From positions 459,825 to 523,824 of the forward strand of contig JBFWNL010000001.1 of assembly GCA_050251055.1 (NCBI GenBank): 64,000 nt of DNA, read 5' to 3'. Made by a program: the position numbers and the translations under genes. The notes below the pieces were generated by a model. The model did not search any database. It worked only from the letters and a program-made list of their open reading frames with translations, and had not been told where the DNA came from. Origin of the DNA: Bacteriovoracia bacterium. Its GTDB lineage: Bacteria; Bdellovibrionota; UBA1018; JBFWNL01. This document shows, in pieces, positions 28,983-39,087 of the stretch; positions within the stretch are counted from its first letter, which is position 1, and every line of letters begins with the position of its first letter.

Positions 28983-29675
28983 ATGATCACCCGCCGCCAA
29001 GCCCTGCGCACCCTCGGCACCACGCTCGGAACTTCCCTGGGCGTTTCGCTCACCACCAGCTCGCTCATGAAATCGGCCCTGGCCCGAATCGAACCCGCGT
29101 CCTGTCGCCGGACTCCCACCCAACCCAAGGGCCCCTTCTACCCGATTCATGACCAGCTCGATAAGGACAACGACCTCACGCGCGTGAAAGACAAAGCCGG
29201 CGTGGCCCAAGGGCAAATCGTCTACGTACAAGGCACCGTCTCCGACGCGCAGACCTGCGCTCCCCTGGCCGACGTGCTCGTAGAGATTTGGCAGGCCTGC
29301 GAAAGCGGCAAATACGACCACCCGGGAGATCCGAACGAAGCGGCACTCGACCCGCATTTCCAGTACTGGGGTCAATGCACGACGAAGGCCGACGGTCGCT
29401 ATCTTTTCAAGACCATTGTCCCCGGCGCCTACCCCGCCGATGTGGATTGGATTCGTCCCGCTCATATCCACTACCGAGTCGTCAAACGAGGGTACCGCGA
29501 GCTAATCACCCAGATGTATTTTGAAGGTGATCGCTACAACTCTACGGATAAGATCCTGCAGACGCTTTCGCCCGCCGATCAGGCGCAAGTCGTCGTACGG
29601 CTGGAGTCCGCGACGGAGCAAATGGAACCCGACGCCAAGCGTGGCGCCTTCGATCTCGCTCTGACCCGATGGTGA
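28983..29675 (+). CDS. Intradiol ring-cleavage dioxygenase (protocatechuate 3,4-dioxygenase beta-like) with Tat signal
   Basis: TRRQAL twin-Arg leader; GPFYP, EIWQAC..GKY, PGAYP and RPAHIH give the Tyr/Tyr/His/His ligands; LITQMYF. Confidence 0.88.
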   Translation: MITRRQALRTLGTTLGTSLGVSLTTSSLMKSALARIEPASCRRTPTQPKGPFYPIHDQLDKDNDLTRVKDKAGVAQGQIVYVQGTVSDAQTCAPLADVLVEIWQACESGKYDHPGDPNEAALDPHFQYWGQCTTKADGRYLFKTIVPGAYPADVDWIRPAHIHYRVVKRGYRELITQMYFEGDRYNSTDKILQTLSPADQAQVVVRLESATEQMEPDAKRGAFDLALTRW

Positions 29676-29709
29676 CGGGGATCGGGGGCCGTGGTAGACT
29701 CGCCCCATG
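29672..29709 (+). promoter_or_regulatory. Putative sigma70 leaderless promoter GTGACG-N17-TAGACT-N6-ATG
   Basis: Extended -10 (TGG TAGACT), 6 nt to the ATG, no SD. Confidence 0.55.
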
Positions 29710-30165
29710 CAGGTTCGCTGGCAATGGGGCAAGTTCGACGACTTTAGCAATCGCGAGTTCTACGCGGCTTTACGCTTGCGCCAAGAGGTTTTCGTCGTCG
29801 AGCAAAAGTGCGCTTACCTCGATAGCGATGGCAAGGATCCGGCGAGCTGGCATCTGCTGGGCTGGATTCCGGCGGCGCCCGAAATGCTAGCGGCCTACCT
29901 CAGGGTCACTCCGCCGGGAGTCCGTTTTTCCGAGTACAGCATCGGACGCGTGGTAAGTTCTCCCGCGCTGCGGGGCCAAGGGTACGGAATGGCCATCATG
30001 CGGGAAGCGCTCGCCCGGATCGAGCGGGAGTTTGGCCCGCAGCCGTTGCGCATCTCCGCCCAAGCTTACCTAGAAAAGTTTTACGGTGGCCTGGGCTTTC
30101 GTACCGTGAACCCGGAGCCCTATCTGGAAGACGACATCCCTCACCTGGAGATGCTGCGTCCCTAG
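29707..30165 (+). CDS. elaA: GNAT acetyltransferase, ElaA family
   Basis: LRQEVFVVEQKCAY.D.DGKD, IGRVV, ISAQAYLEKFY, YLEDDIPHLEM. Confidence 0.9.
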   Translation: MQVRWQWGKFDDFSNREFYAALRLRQEVFVVEQKCAYLDSDGKDPASWHLLGWIPAAPEMLAAYLRVTPPGVRFSEYSIGRVVSSPALRGQGYGMAIMREALARIEREFGPQPLRISAQAYLEKFYGGLGFRTVNPEPYLEDDIPHLEMLRP

Positions 30166-31184
30166 CTCTGGGTACCCGCGATGAGTTTTGCCTTGCCTAG
30201 CCGATCGGGTTGTCCGGCACGCTTGTGACGGATATCGCCGCGTAGGAAAATGCGGCCGTACGGATCGGCCTGACTGCCGTAACGAGAACGCGCTACCTTA
30301 AACGCGTAAGACTCTCCCTCGGCCACGGCTACTTCGAATTCAAACACCCCGCCAAGCTCTTCGTATTTGACGTTTAAGATCGTGCCGTCGGCGGTGGAGA
30401 AGCTCCGAGCATCCTCGCCATCCACGACCCCCCAATTTGAAATCGAAACCGAGAAGCTGCCGTCTTTCTCGCGCGCGAATACGAACGATTCGGGCTGCTT
30501 TTTATACCAATCGACCACTTCCATGATCTTTTGGACCTTCTCCTGGCCGGACACGGCAATCTTGTCGGCCTCGTCTCGCAAGCCGTCGAGCTCCTTCAGC
30601 TCCTCGTTCAGCTCGCCGAAACGGGCTTCCTTGGCCACCTTCTGCGCGGCGAGGTCGGCCAGCTCCGTCTCGAGCTGCTTAATCTTGTCCGGATCCTGCT
30701 GATCAGGAGCCTTCGCCATCTCGGTATCGAGCTCTGTCTGCTTCTTCGTGACGCTACGCCCGAGCTTGCCCAAATCGGACTTCACGGACTTCCGCTCGTC
30801 CTCGACCGCCGCCTGATCGGTCTCAAGCTCGGCCACCCGTTTCTGGACGGTCAGCGAACGCTCGTCTAGGGCATCGATCTCGTCGGCGATTTTCGAGGCC
30901 GTTTGCACGTGTTCCGGCGACATATCCTGCCGCCACAAAAAGAGCTTATTGTTGGACATGCGGATGGATTCTTCGGGCGCGAAAGCGAAGCGCTCCAAGG
31001 GATGGGGCTTCAACTTGTCCACCTTCACCTCGGCCAACCGGGCCTTCGGCGCACAGGCCGATGACAGCACCGCACCGGCGATCGCCGCCATGATACCACT
31101 CATGAACAGGAGCGCGCGCGGACTCATCCGCATCATCTGGGTCATCACTCTTTCGGCCTTGGACGGTTTCGCGTTCATCCTCAT
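30162..31184 (-). CDS. Putative lipoprotein with a long coiled coil and a C-terminal beta domain
   Basis: Lipobox LSSAC; heptad-rich E/K/L region; beta-strand-like C-terminus. Confidence 0.65.
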   Translation of the reverse strand: MRMNAKPSKAERVMTQMMRMSPRALLFMSGIMAAIAGAVLSSACAPKARLAEVKVDKLKPHPLERFAFAPEESIRMSNNKLFLWRQDMSPEHVQTASKIADEIDALDERSLTVQKRVAELETDQAAVEDERKSVKSDLGKLGRSVTKKQTELDTEMAKAPDQQDPDKIKQLETELADLAAQKVAKEARFGELNEELKELDGLRDEADKIAVSGQEKVQKIMEVVDWYKKQPESFVFAREKDGSFSVSISNWGVVDGEDARSFSTADGTILNVKYEELGGVFEFEVAVAEGESYAFKVARSRYGSQADPYGRIFLRGDIRHKRAGQPDRLGKAKLIAGTQS

Positions 31185-31194
31185 CCTTCCCCCT

Positions 31195-32460
31195 TTAAAA
31201 GAATGCCACCAAGTCGGCGATCCAGGCTGCGCTCGTCACCACGTTATGGCCGTAAAGCGGCTTACTGAAAACCAAACGTGCCTGGAAAGGGTAAACGAAC
31301 TTTTTCTCTTTAAACCAGTCGATGGTGGCGAATCCCGCCGCAATCGTCAGACTGTGCACGTCTTGGTAAGCGTTCTGCGATTCCAAAAAATCGTAGCGCG
31401 CGCGACTGAAACGCGCGCCGCCGAAAGAAGTTCCCCCTTGGTACTGATAGGTGTAGCCGGCGTGCAGCGAAAGCCCCTGCGTAGTCGAACCATACCCTAA
31501 CATCGAGCCGATAGAGAGCTGGTCACCCAAGTTCCGGTCAACGACTTCTACGTCAGCCGAAAGCGGGTCATCGGCGCTCGTGGGAATCCGACGGGAGAGC
31601 CGATCGGAAAACTGCAGATTGTAGCCGGCGAACGAAGTCACGCGAAAGGGCCACCCGATCGCACGCTCCCAAATGACGGTCGCACCGAGGTCGGCCTGGC
31701 CATCTCCCGTGGGCACGTCGAGGGCCTTGTTCACGTCAGGCGCGCGCCCTGTAGGCAAGGTCAGGACCGGCTTGATCGTCACGGCCTGCCGCCCCTGCTC
31801 TTCCATTAAAAGATATTTGCCCACCAGCTTTACGTCGCCCAAACTCGTAAATGATTGTGAACGGATCGGTTCATAGCCCAAGCTCGTCAGCTTTTGGTTC
31901 ACCGAATCATTGAGCTTGTTCGCCGCCTCATTACACTTCAGCGGCTCGGATGCGCAGACTGAATCCACCCAACGCTGACCATCGGAACTGCGGACGAACC
32001 CCGTGTTGGCGTTGATATCCACCTTGTAGATCGGTACCGCCGCCGCGAGCGTAAGACGATCGGTGATTCCCCACGCCAAAACGGGGGCCATCACGTCGAT
32101 CGCGGTATTCACCTGGCCCGTGGTCGCGCCGGGGGAGCCATTCACCGAAAGGCCGGCCGCACCCAACGTTCCCTGAACCAGGTTCTTGTCCACGTCGGTC
32201 GTTTGCGCGTTGATGATGTCTTGCCAGCTCACCGTCTTATTGAGAGGCTGGCCGAGCGGAACCACGCTGCCGGAGCCGTCGAATTTTTCTTCGGGCGCCA
32301 TGTAGACGTTTTTAAACTGTGGACTCCGCACGTTCTCCGGCAAAACCGCGGAGGACTCGAGATCCACCGGCGCCGTCAAATTCGCCGCCAGCACCGACCA
32401 CGGGCTAACCGCTCCGGTAATCCCGGCCATCAACCCTACGATCCCATACCGAAACTGCAT
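31195..32460 (-). CDS. Outer-membrane beta-barrel protein (SphA/phenol-MetA-like transporter family suspected)
   Basis: Signal peptide; AWGITDRLTL, LGDVKLVGKY, TLPTG, TGDGQADLG; C-terminal Phe. Confidence 0.6.
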   Translation of the reverse strand: MQFRYGIVGLMAGITGAVSPWSVLAANLTAPVDLESSAVLPENVRSPQFKNVYMAPEEKFDGSGSVVPLGQPLNKTVSWQDIINAQTTDVDKNLVQGTLGAAGLSVNGSPGATTGQVNTAIDVMAPVLAWGITDRLTLAAAVPIYKVDINANTGFVRSSDGQRWVDSVCASEPLKCNEAANKLNDSVNQKLTSLGYEPIRSQSFTSLGDVKLVGKYLLMEEQGRQAVTIKPVLTLPTGRAPDVNKALDVPTGDGQADLGATVIWERAIGWPFRVTSFAGYNLQFSDRLSRRIPTSADDPLSADVEVVDRNLGDQLSIGSMLGYGSTTQGLSLHAGYTYQYQGGTSFGGARFSRARYDFLESQNAYQDVHSLTIAAGFATIDWFKEKKFVYPFQARLVFSKPLYGHNVVTSAAWIADLVAFF

Positions 32461-32481
32461 ATGGGGCCCCTTCCGTTCAGG

Positions 32482-33315
32482 TTACTTGCACTTCATTTCC
32501 GAGCGGAGCTTTTGCGCGTCGACGAACTCTTCCTTGGATTCCGGCACGCGATTCGGATCGATTTCCGCCGGGTTCTTCTTCAAGAGGTTATCGAGCAGTT
32601 CGCAAGCCTGCTTTTTTTCCGCAGCATCGCCGTCATAGAGCGTTTCGGCGTAGTAAATGGTATTCAATACGAAGTTCGGAGCGCCATCCACGGCCTTCTT
32701 GAGATTTTCGAGCGCCTTGCCGCGATTCCCGCCAGCAAACACGGGAAGCTTGAAGTAGGCGCGGCCGATGACCCGATTAGGGCCATAACCATCGATGCTA
32801 TCGCCGGCTTTCGCTTCACGCGTGTCGCGCTCCATGGCGCCTTCCATGTTCTCGAATAGCTCTTTTTTACGGTTGAGGGACTCCAGCACGCCTTTGGCTT
32901 CCGCCCAGCGGGCCAGCGCGACGCCGTAATAAAAATACCCGTCGGCGTAATCATCGCTCAATTCCTTAGCGGCCTTCGACTTACCGTAGGCGGCTTCAAA
33001 TAGTGGAATTTTATTCTTATCGCCGGTGGTGTGCACGCCCTTATAGTAGATGGCGCGCCCGTGGGCGATGAGAATGTCGTACTTGAGATCGGTGTCTTCC
33101 GACTTCGCCGCGGCGGTTTCCGCCTCGGCCAATATCTTAATGGCTTCGTCGATCTTCGCGAGATCTTCGCGCTGAGCGTAAAGATCGCGTCCCTTCTGAA
33201 GGGCTTCGCGTGCCTTGGCGTCATCGGCCAAAGCCACGCCACCCGCGCCACCAATGGAAAGCGCCCAAGCGCCCAGTACGACACCCAACGACAAACGACG
33301 GAATACCAAAGACAT
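32482..33315 (-). CDS. Exported TPR protein (TatT/TRAP-T-like)
   Basis: Signal peptide; helical repeats YFYYGVALARWAE, RVIGRAYFKLP.FAGG, ALENLKKAV, YYAETL. Confidence 0.7.
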   Translation of the reverse strand: MSLVFRRLSLGVVLGAWALSIGGAGGVALADDAKAREALQKGRDLYAQREDLAKIDEAIKILAEAETAAAKSEDTDLKYDILIAHGRAIYYKGVHTTGDKNKIPLFEAAYGKSKAAKELSDDYADGYFYYGVALARWAEAKGVLESLNRKKELFENMEGAMERDTREAKAGDSIDGYGPNRVIGRAYFKLPVFAGGNRGKALENLKKAVDGAPNFVLNTIYYAETLYDGDAAEKKQACELLDNLLKKNPAEIDPNRVPESKEEFVDAQKLRSEMKCK

Positions 33316-33462
33316 AACTACACTTCCCTCTCTCTCTAAACCATCACCCATGGGACCCGCGATCAGTACCCGAGGGGCACGTCCTTGACAAGATGGGCCA
33401 TTGCAAAACCTGATATAAAAATTAGTTATATTATTTCAAATAGTTATGATGAAATCGACCCT

Positions 33463-33789
33463 ATGATCACCGTCCTGCTGCTCACCTTTTCAAATATCTT
33501 CATGACCTTCGCCTGGTATGGCCATCTCAAATACAAGGGATCCCCGCTCTGGCTTGCCATCTTCGCCAGCTGGGGAATCGCCTTCTTCGAATATTGCCTG
33601 ATGGTCCCGGCGAACCGCTGGGGGTCGCACGTGTTTTCCACCGTACAGCTCAAAACCCTCCAAGAGGCGATCACGCTCGTGGTTTTCGCGGCTTTTTCCT
33701 GGTTTTACCTAAAGGAAGCCTTACGCTGGAATCATGTCATCGCATTCGGCTTCATCCTGGGCGCGGTGTATTTCATGTTCAAGAAATAG
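33463..33789 (+). CDS. DMT family protein (DUF486)
   Basis: SNIFMTFAWYGHLK, SWGIAFFEYCLMVPANR, QLKTLQEAITL. Confidence 0.9.
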   Translation: MITVLLLTFSNIFMTFAWYGHLKYKGSPLWLAIFASWGIAFFEYCLMVPANRWGSHVFSTVQLKTLQEAITLVVFAAFSWFYLKEALRWNHVIAFGFILGAVYFMFKK

Positions 33790-33804
33790 CGGGAGGATCG
33801 GACC

Positions 33805-34131
33805 ATGAACCCGGCTTGGGGTTTATTAATGCTGGTCATTATACTGGAAGTCGCGGGAACGACTTGCATGAAGCTCTCCCACGGCTACACCCACTGGAAA
33901 CCATCGGTATTGATGTTCGTATTCTACGCGGCCTGCTTTTCCATCTTCCCGTTCGCGGTCAAGAAACTCGACATTGGCGTGGCGTACGCGATCTGGGCGG
34001 GACTGGGCACTGCGATCATCGCCTTGATTGGTATCTTTCATTTCCGTGAGCCGGTGAGCGCTATCAAGGTCGTGTCTCTGGTCATGGTGATATTGGGCGT
34101 CATTGGATTAAAGCTCGGCGCCTCGGGTTGA
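33805..34131 (+). CDS. SMR family efflux transporter (EmrE/QacE-like)
   Basis: 108 aa with four TM segments; EV.GT..MK, AYAIWAGLG. Confidence 0.92.
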   Translation: MNPAWGLLMLVIILEVAGTTCMKLSHGYTHWKPSVLMFVFYAACFSIFPFAVKKLDIGVAYAIWAGLGTAIIALIGIFHFREPVSAIKVVSLVMVILGVIGLKLGASG

Positions 34132-34207
34132 ACGCCTGTCCTGCTTCACCTTATGGTGGCGCAAACCTTGGACCTCGTTTAGAGTTTTAAGCTCAGGAGC
34201 CAACCCC

Positions 34208-36922
34208 ATGAAATCAATCCTTGCCCTTTCCGTGTCCTTGTTCGCCCTTTCCGTATCCGTCCCGCCCGCCAACGCGGCGAAACCCGCCGCGGCCGCCCCC
34301 AAGCTTTCCCAAACCGATGCAAAGTGGAGAGCGGAGCGCATATCACAGGTCCGATATGACCTTTTTTTTCGACTCGATCCCCAAGGGAGCGGTAGCCAGG
34401 ACTTTCACGGCTTCACGAAGATTTCGTTTCAGCTCCAGCGTGCGGACGGCCCCATTCGCGTCGATTTCCAGGAAGGAAAGCCTACCGCCGTCACCCTGAA
34501 TGGCGCGGCGCTTTCGGCCAAGGATTTAAAGGCCCAGTATAACGGCGCATTCTTCTCGTTCCCTGCCGAACGCTTCAAACCGGGAGCGAACGAAATCACG
34601 GTGGAGTACGACCATCCTTATAGCCGTACCGGCTCGGGCCTATACCGTTTCCAGGACCCGGAAGACCAACGCATCTACACATACACGGATTTCGAACCCT
34701 ACCAAGCCAACAACCTATTTCCCTGCTTCGATCAGCCCGATCTCAAGGCAATGTACACCGTGGACGTCGACGCCCCCGGCAAGTGGGTGGTCATTTCGAG
34801 CTCGACCGAAAAGCAAAAGGTAGCCCTCAATAATGGGCGAGCGCTCTGGAAATTCTCGCACCCGCTCGCCTTCAGCACCTATCTCTTTTCGCTCCACTCG
34901 GGCGAATACCAAGTTTGGGAAACCAAGCCAGCCGGCAGCATCCCGCTACGGCTCTTTGCCCGTCACTCACTGGCGAAGTATGTCCATGCCGAAGAATGGT
35001 TCGATTACACCCGCCAGGGCTTCGAGTTCTACCAAAAGTATTTTGATTTCGCCTATCCCTTCGGCAAGTACGATCAAGTCATCGTACCGGACTTCAACGC
35101 CGGGGCCATGGAAAACATCGCCGCCGTTACCTTCTCGGAACGTTACGTGCAGCGGGGACCTTCCACGGGGGACGAGAAGGAACGCCGCGCGAGCGTCATT
35201 CTGCATGAAATGGCTCATATGTGGTTCGGCGACATCGTCACCATGAAGTGGTGGGACGATCTTTGGTTAAATGAGAGTTTCGCCACCTTCATGGCGGCGC
35301 TCGCCCAGTACGAGAACACGAAGTTCAAGCAAGCCTGGCACTCGTTCTTTGCCGGATCGAAGGTTTGGGCCTATACCGAAGACCAGCTCGTGACCACGCA
35401 CCCGATCCAGGCGGAAATACCGGACACGGATGCGGCCACGACCAACTTCGACGGCATCACCTATGGCAAAGGCGCCTCGGTAATGAAGCAAGTGCTGTAT
35501 TACGCCGGGGCCAATGAATTCCGCGACGGCGTTCGCGCGTATTTTAAGCAGTTCGCCTATCAAAATGCCGAGCTGAAGGACTTCATGGCTGCCCTCACGA
35601 AGGCATCGGGCAAGGACCTCGGACACTGGACGGAGCGCTGGCTGCAAACCGCGGGCGTGAACACGCTCGAAGCGAAGTACCAGTGCAAGGACGGCAAGAT
35701 CTCTGAATTCATGCTCGTCCAGGATACGGGCAGCGGCCAGCCCGTCCAACGCCCGCACCGTACCCTGATTGGGCTCTTTCGGGTGAACTCGTCGGGCAAA
35801 GTAGAGCTCGCGAATTCCGCCTCCGTGCTCTATACCGGTCCCCAAACCGCCGTTTCGGCATTCCTGGGCAAGGACTGCCCCTTCTTGGTCTTCCCGAACC
35901 ACGAGGACCATGACTACGCAAAGGTACGCCTGGATACGCAGACGCTCGCGAACGCCAAGACGCATCTGGCGAAAATCGAGGATTCGCTCGTACGCACGAT
36001 GTTCTGGCAGGCGCTTTGGGACATGGTTCGCGACGCGCAGTTCCCGGCTCAAGCTTATGCGGAGCTGGTGATCCATTCGATCGGCATGGAAACCGACGTA
36101 AAACTCGCCGGCCAAGTCTTACAGCGTCTTTATGGACGCTATGAGTCCCAACCCTCGGTCATCACTTACCTCCCCCGTGGCACCGAAGCCTCGGAGAAGA
36201 ATCGCGAGGCTTTGCACGCGCGCCTGGAAGAATTTTTCCTGGCGCAGCTCAAGCAAGCCAAGCCGGAGAGTGATTTCCAAAAGCTTTGGTTCGATAGCTA
36301 CTATCGCGTGGCCAAAACCAAGACGGGGCAGGAAACCGTGAAACAGTTGTTAGGCGGCCAGCTCACCTTCCCCGGTCTGCAAATTGACCAAGATCGGCGC
36401 TGGAATCTCGTAAAAACCCTGAACCGCGTGGGCTCAAGCCAAGCACGGGAACTCGCCCAGGCCGAGCTCAAACGCGATCCCTCGGATAAGGGCAAAAAAG
36501 CCCTGATCGCTTCCGAAGCTTCACGCCCGGAGCTGTCGGTAAAGCGCAAGTGGTTCTCGACCGTGTCGGCCGAGAAGTCCAAGGAACCGCTCGCTAACCT
36601 GAAGGAAGCCATGTGGAATCTTTTCCCCAGCGACCAAACGGGCTTGCGCGCGCAGTTCGCCAGCAGCTACTTCGAAAACCTCTTGCGGCTTGAAAAGCGC
36701 AGTCCCTCCGAGTTTCTCGGACACTACGCGGAAAGCTTGATGCCGGCGCTCTGCACGGCGCAAAGCACCCAGGCGCTAGGCAAGTTCATCCACCAGCACC
36801 CGACGCTGAATGTGATTGCGCTCAAAGCCCTGAAGGAAGGGCACGACGAGGACGGCCGCTGCGTGAAAGTACGTACGCTAGCGGCGGAGTTCGCGAAGAC
36901 GAACGAAACCAAGCGCCCCTAA
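34208..36922 (+). CDS. pepN: Exported aminopeptidase N (M1 family)
   Basis: GAMEN, HEMAHMWFGD, WLNESFA, FDGITYGKGAS; N-terminal signal peptide. Confidence 0.93.
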   Translation: MKSILALSVSLFALSVSVPPANAAKPAAAAPKLSQTDAKWRAERISQVRYDLFFRLDPQGSGSQDFHGFTKISFQLQRADGPIRVDFQEGKPTAVTLNGAALSAKDLKAQYNGAFFSFPAERFKPGANEITVEYDHPYSRTGSGLYRFQDPEDQRIYTYTDFEPYQANNLFPCFDQPDLKAMYTVDVDAPGKWVVISSSTEKQKVALNNGRALWKFSHPLAFSTYLFSLHSGEYQVWETKPAGSIPLRLFARHSLAKYVHAEEWFDYTRQGFEFYQKYFDFAYPFGKYDQVIVPDFNAGAMENIAAVTFSERYVQRGPSTGDEKERRASVILHEMAHMWFGDIVTMKWWDDLWLNESFATFMAALAQYENTKFKQAWHSFFAGSKVWAYTEDQLVTTHPIQAEIPDTDAATTNFDGITYGKGASVMKQVLYYAGANEFRDGVRAYFKQFAYQNAELKDFMAALTKASGKDLGHWTERWLQTAGVNTLEAKYQCKDGKISEFMLVQDTGSGQPVQRPHRTLIGLFRVNSSGKVELANSASVLYTGPQTAVSAFLGKDCPFLVFPNHEDHDYAKVRLDTQTLANAKTHLAKIEDSLVRTMFWQALWDMVRDAQFPAQAYAELVIHSIGMETDVKLAGQVLQRLYGRYESQPSVITYLPRGTEASEKNREALHARLEEFFLAQLKQAKPESDFQKLWFDSYYRVAKTKTGQETVKQLLGGQLTFPGLQIDQDRRWNLVKTLNRVGSSQARELAQAELKRDPSDKGKKALIASEASRPELSVKRKWFSTVSAEKSKEPLANLKEAMWNLFPSDQTGLRAQFASSYFENLLRLEKRSPSEFLGHYAESLMPALCTAQSTQALGKFIHQHPTLNVIALKALKEGHDEDGRCVKVRTLAAEFAKTNETKRP

Positions 36923-39087
36923 CGGGGGGCAGCTGTTCGCAACGGCTTGAGCATCTTTCGCCAATACGCTTCGTTTCGTGAACCTTTCAGAGCCTCGAGA
37001 TGTAGCCCCACGATCAGGTCCCGATGGGACAACGCCTCAGCGTTCGAGGACGTCGAGGCAAGCATTTGGATTTCCTCGATCGGGACCGAGCCCTGATCGA
37101 AGATCAAGCTTTCCTCCAGGTAGAGCAAGGTAAGCGAAAGTCGGTCCAGCCGCGGCAGCAGGTTCAATAGAGCGTCGCGCACCTCGGCGGGGTGATGGCG
37201 AACCAGGAAATCCATCCCTCGTCGGGCCACCGAACCTTCGGCCAGCTCGGCATATGCCGCGCGCTCGAGCCACTCTTCGATATCCCGATTCGCGGAGCCC
37301 CAGAGCACGAACAACAGCTCAAGCCCCTCCCGGTCGCCCGGCTTCAGTTTGAGCAGGGTATCGAGCACGTAAAGCCGGTCCGTGCGCCCAAACATTAGAA
37401 TCTTCTCGAGAATCTTCCCGACCCGGTCCTGCGTCTCATCCCCATGCGGTTCCCACAGAATCAGGAAGTGCCGAATTCGCGCCCGCTCGTAATAGTTCAA
37501 ATGGTGAAGCTCACCCCAAGCTTGGAGGCGGCTCTCCACCTCCAAGAAAAAGCGGGAGTCGGAGGATCCTTCGACCAAAAATTTTCGAGCCCACGCCGGC
37601 CGCAGGCGCCAAAGCAATCGCAGGGCTTCCCCCTTTCGCGCGGGATCGGCCGACTTGAGGTTACCCAGATGGGATATCGCAGCCTGGACCACCTCGATAC
37701 CTGGCATCGCGTGGCGATAGACCTCCTCCACGCGGCCGCTAAATGCCAGTTTGCGATGGATCGCGGCGGGGGCGGCCAGCCACTCGGAAAGGCTCCGGGC
37801 GTCCCGAACCGCGCCCACGGGCAGCCATTCCCGCCAAATATCCCCCGAGCCCGACACGCGTTCGCGCACGAAGCGCCAAAAGTTTTGGAAATAATGCGAA
37901 TCGAGATCAGAAATGCCAATCAACCCGTAGAACGAGGCCGCGATCAAGATCGCCAGCAGCATCGGCACCGACACGTTCCCCCGGAACATCGAGATAAATC
38001 CGTTCGTCAGGATGTAAGAGCACGCCATGAGCAAGGAGGCGAACGACAGGATCGAACCCCGCAAATGGGAAGGGATCGGCACCAGGCATTGGCGGGAAGC
38101 CGGCAACTGAATCGCGCGGTTCACGATCTGGAAGAAAACGGTCAGACCCATGACCCACCAGAAAGGCGTGAAAATAAACGCCGCGGAACTCAAGACCAAC
38201 GTGCCGACGGGAGCTACCGATAGCAACGTCACCAGCCGCCATCGGTGATTCAGGCGGTTGCCGAAGAAGTTCTGGAACACGAGCGTGACGATCACGACCA
38301 GCACGCTCATCTGGGAGATGGACATGCCGATGCTCTCCGCCCCGGAGTAACGTTCGTCGAGCGTTTTATAGAAAGTAAGCTCGACCAGCATCTTCACGAC
38401 GTGGGTCCAAAGAATTACCTTGAGCGCGGTACGGATCAGCGGATTGCCCAGCATAAAGCGCCTCGCCTCCCGCAGCTGCTCACGAAATCCGGCCTGGGCC
38501 GAGGAGTTCGCGCCACCCTCTGCCCCCGCCTGCCACGGCATGCGCGAAAACACGAAGAAGTGCACGAGGCCTAGCCCGACCGACACCACCAGCCCCGCCG
38601 ATAGCCAATGCTGGGAGCTGAGGTACCAGCCCAGCAGATTTCCCGCCACTCGGCCCGCCATATCGTACATCATCATCCGAAGAAACACCGTCCGGAACAA
38701 GACGGGCGACGCAATCGCCGAAACGACCAAAGCGATCGCCGATCCGCCGGTGACGTCCGCCACCAGGATCAGAATGCCCGAAAAGTAGAGCGCCGTTGCC
38801 GTGGAACCACTCACCAGCAAAACCGCCAAGGAAACGATGGCGGCCGCGACCCAGAGCGCATGCGAAAGAAAGACCGCCCGAGAATCCTTGAACGCCTGAA
38901 CCAGGAAAATCACGACGATGAAGATATTGGCAATGAAATACAGGTCGGAAATCCGCCCGGATCCGATCTGATCGATGAAAAAACTCTGCACGATCAGCAG
39001 GCCCGTGCTCAACGAAAACGCCCGACAAAAGTTACTGAGGTAAACCCGGGACCTCGGCAAGGCGACGGGGCGCGTCCCTTCGCTCAC
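36919..39087 (-). CDS. Npt1/Npt2 (TLC ATP/ADP translocase)-like membrane protein with a C-terminal helical (HEAT-like) domain
   Basis: About 12 TM segments; SFFIDQIG..., FQNFFGNRL and AIQLPASRQCLVPIPSHLRG resemble TLC-family segments; about 320-aa soluble helical tail; GTG start overlaps the upstream stop (GTGA). Confidence 0.6.
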   Translation of the reverse strand: MSEGTRPVALPRSRVYLSNFCRAFSLSTGLLIVQSFFIDQIGSGRISDLYFIANIFIVVIFLVQAFKDSRAVFLSHALWVAAAIVSLAVLLVSGSTATALYFSGILILVADVTGGSAIALVVSAIASPVLFRTVFLRMMMYDMAGRVAGNLLGWYLSSQHWLSAGLVVSVGLGLVHFFVFSRMPWQAGAEGGANSSAQAGFREQLREARRFMLGNPLIRTALKVILWTHVVKMLVELTFYKTLDERYSGAESIGMSISQMSVLVVIVTLVFQNFFGNRLNHRWRLVTLLSVAPVGTLVLSSAAFIFTPFWWVMGLTVFFQIVNRAIQLPASRQCLVPIPSHLRGSILSFASLLMACSYILTNGFISMFRGNVSVPMLLAILIAASFYGLIGISDLDSHYFQNFWRFVRERVSGSGDIWREWLPVGAVRDARSLSEWLAAPAAIHRKLAFSGRVEEVYRHAMPGIEVVQAAISHLGNLKSADPARKGEALRLLWRLRPAWARKFLVEGSSDSRFFLEVESRLQAWGELHHLNYYERARIRHFLILWEPHGDETQDRVGKILEKILMFGRTDRLYVLDTLLKLKPGDREGLELLFVLWGSANRDIEEWLERAAYAELAEGSVARRGMDFLVRHHPAEVRDALLNLLPRLDRLSLTLLYLEESLIFDQGSVPIEEIQMLASTSSNAEALSHRDLIVGLHLEALKGSRNEAYWRKMLKPLRTAAPR

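Noticed and set aside
33463-34131. Guanidine-riboswitch-controlled SMR (Gdx) locus
   Set aside because: No riboswitch-like leader (15-bp gap before the SMR gene, AT-rich region before the DMT gene), and the protein looks more Qac/EmrE-like.
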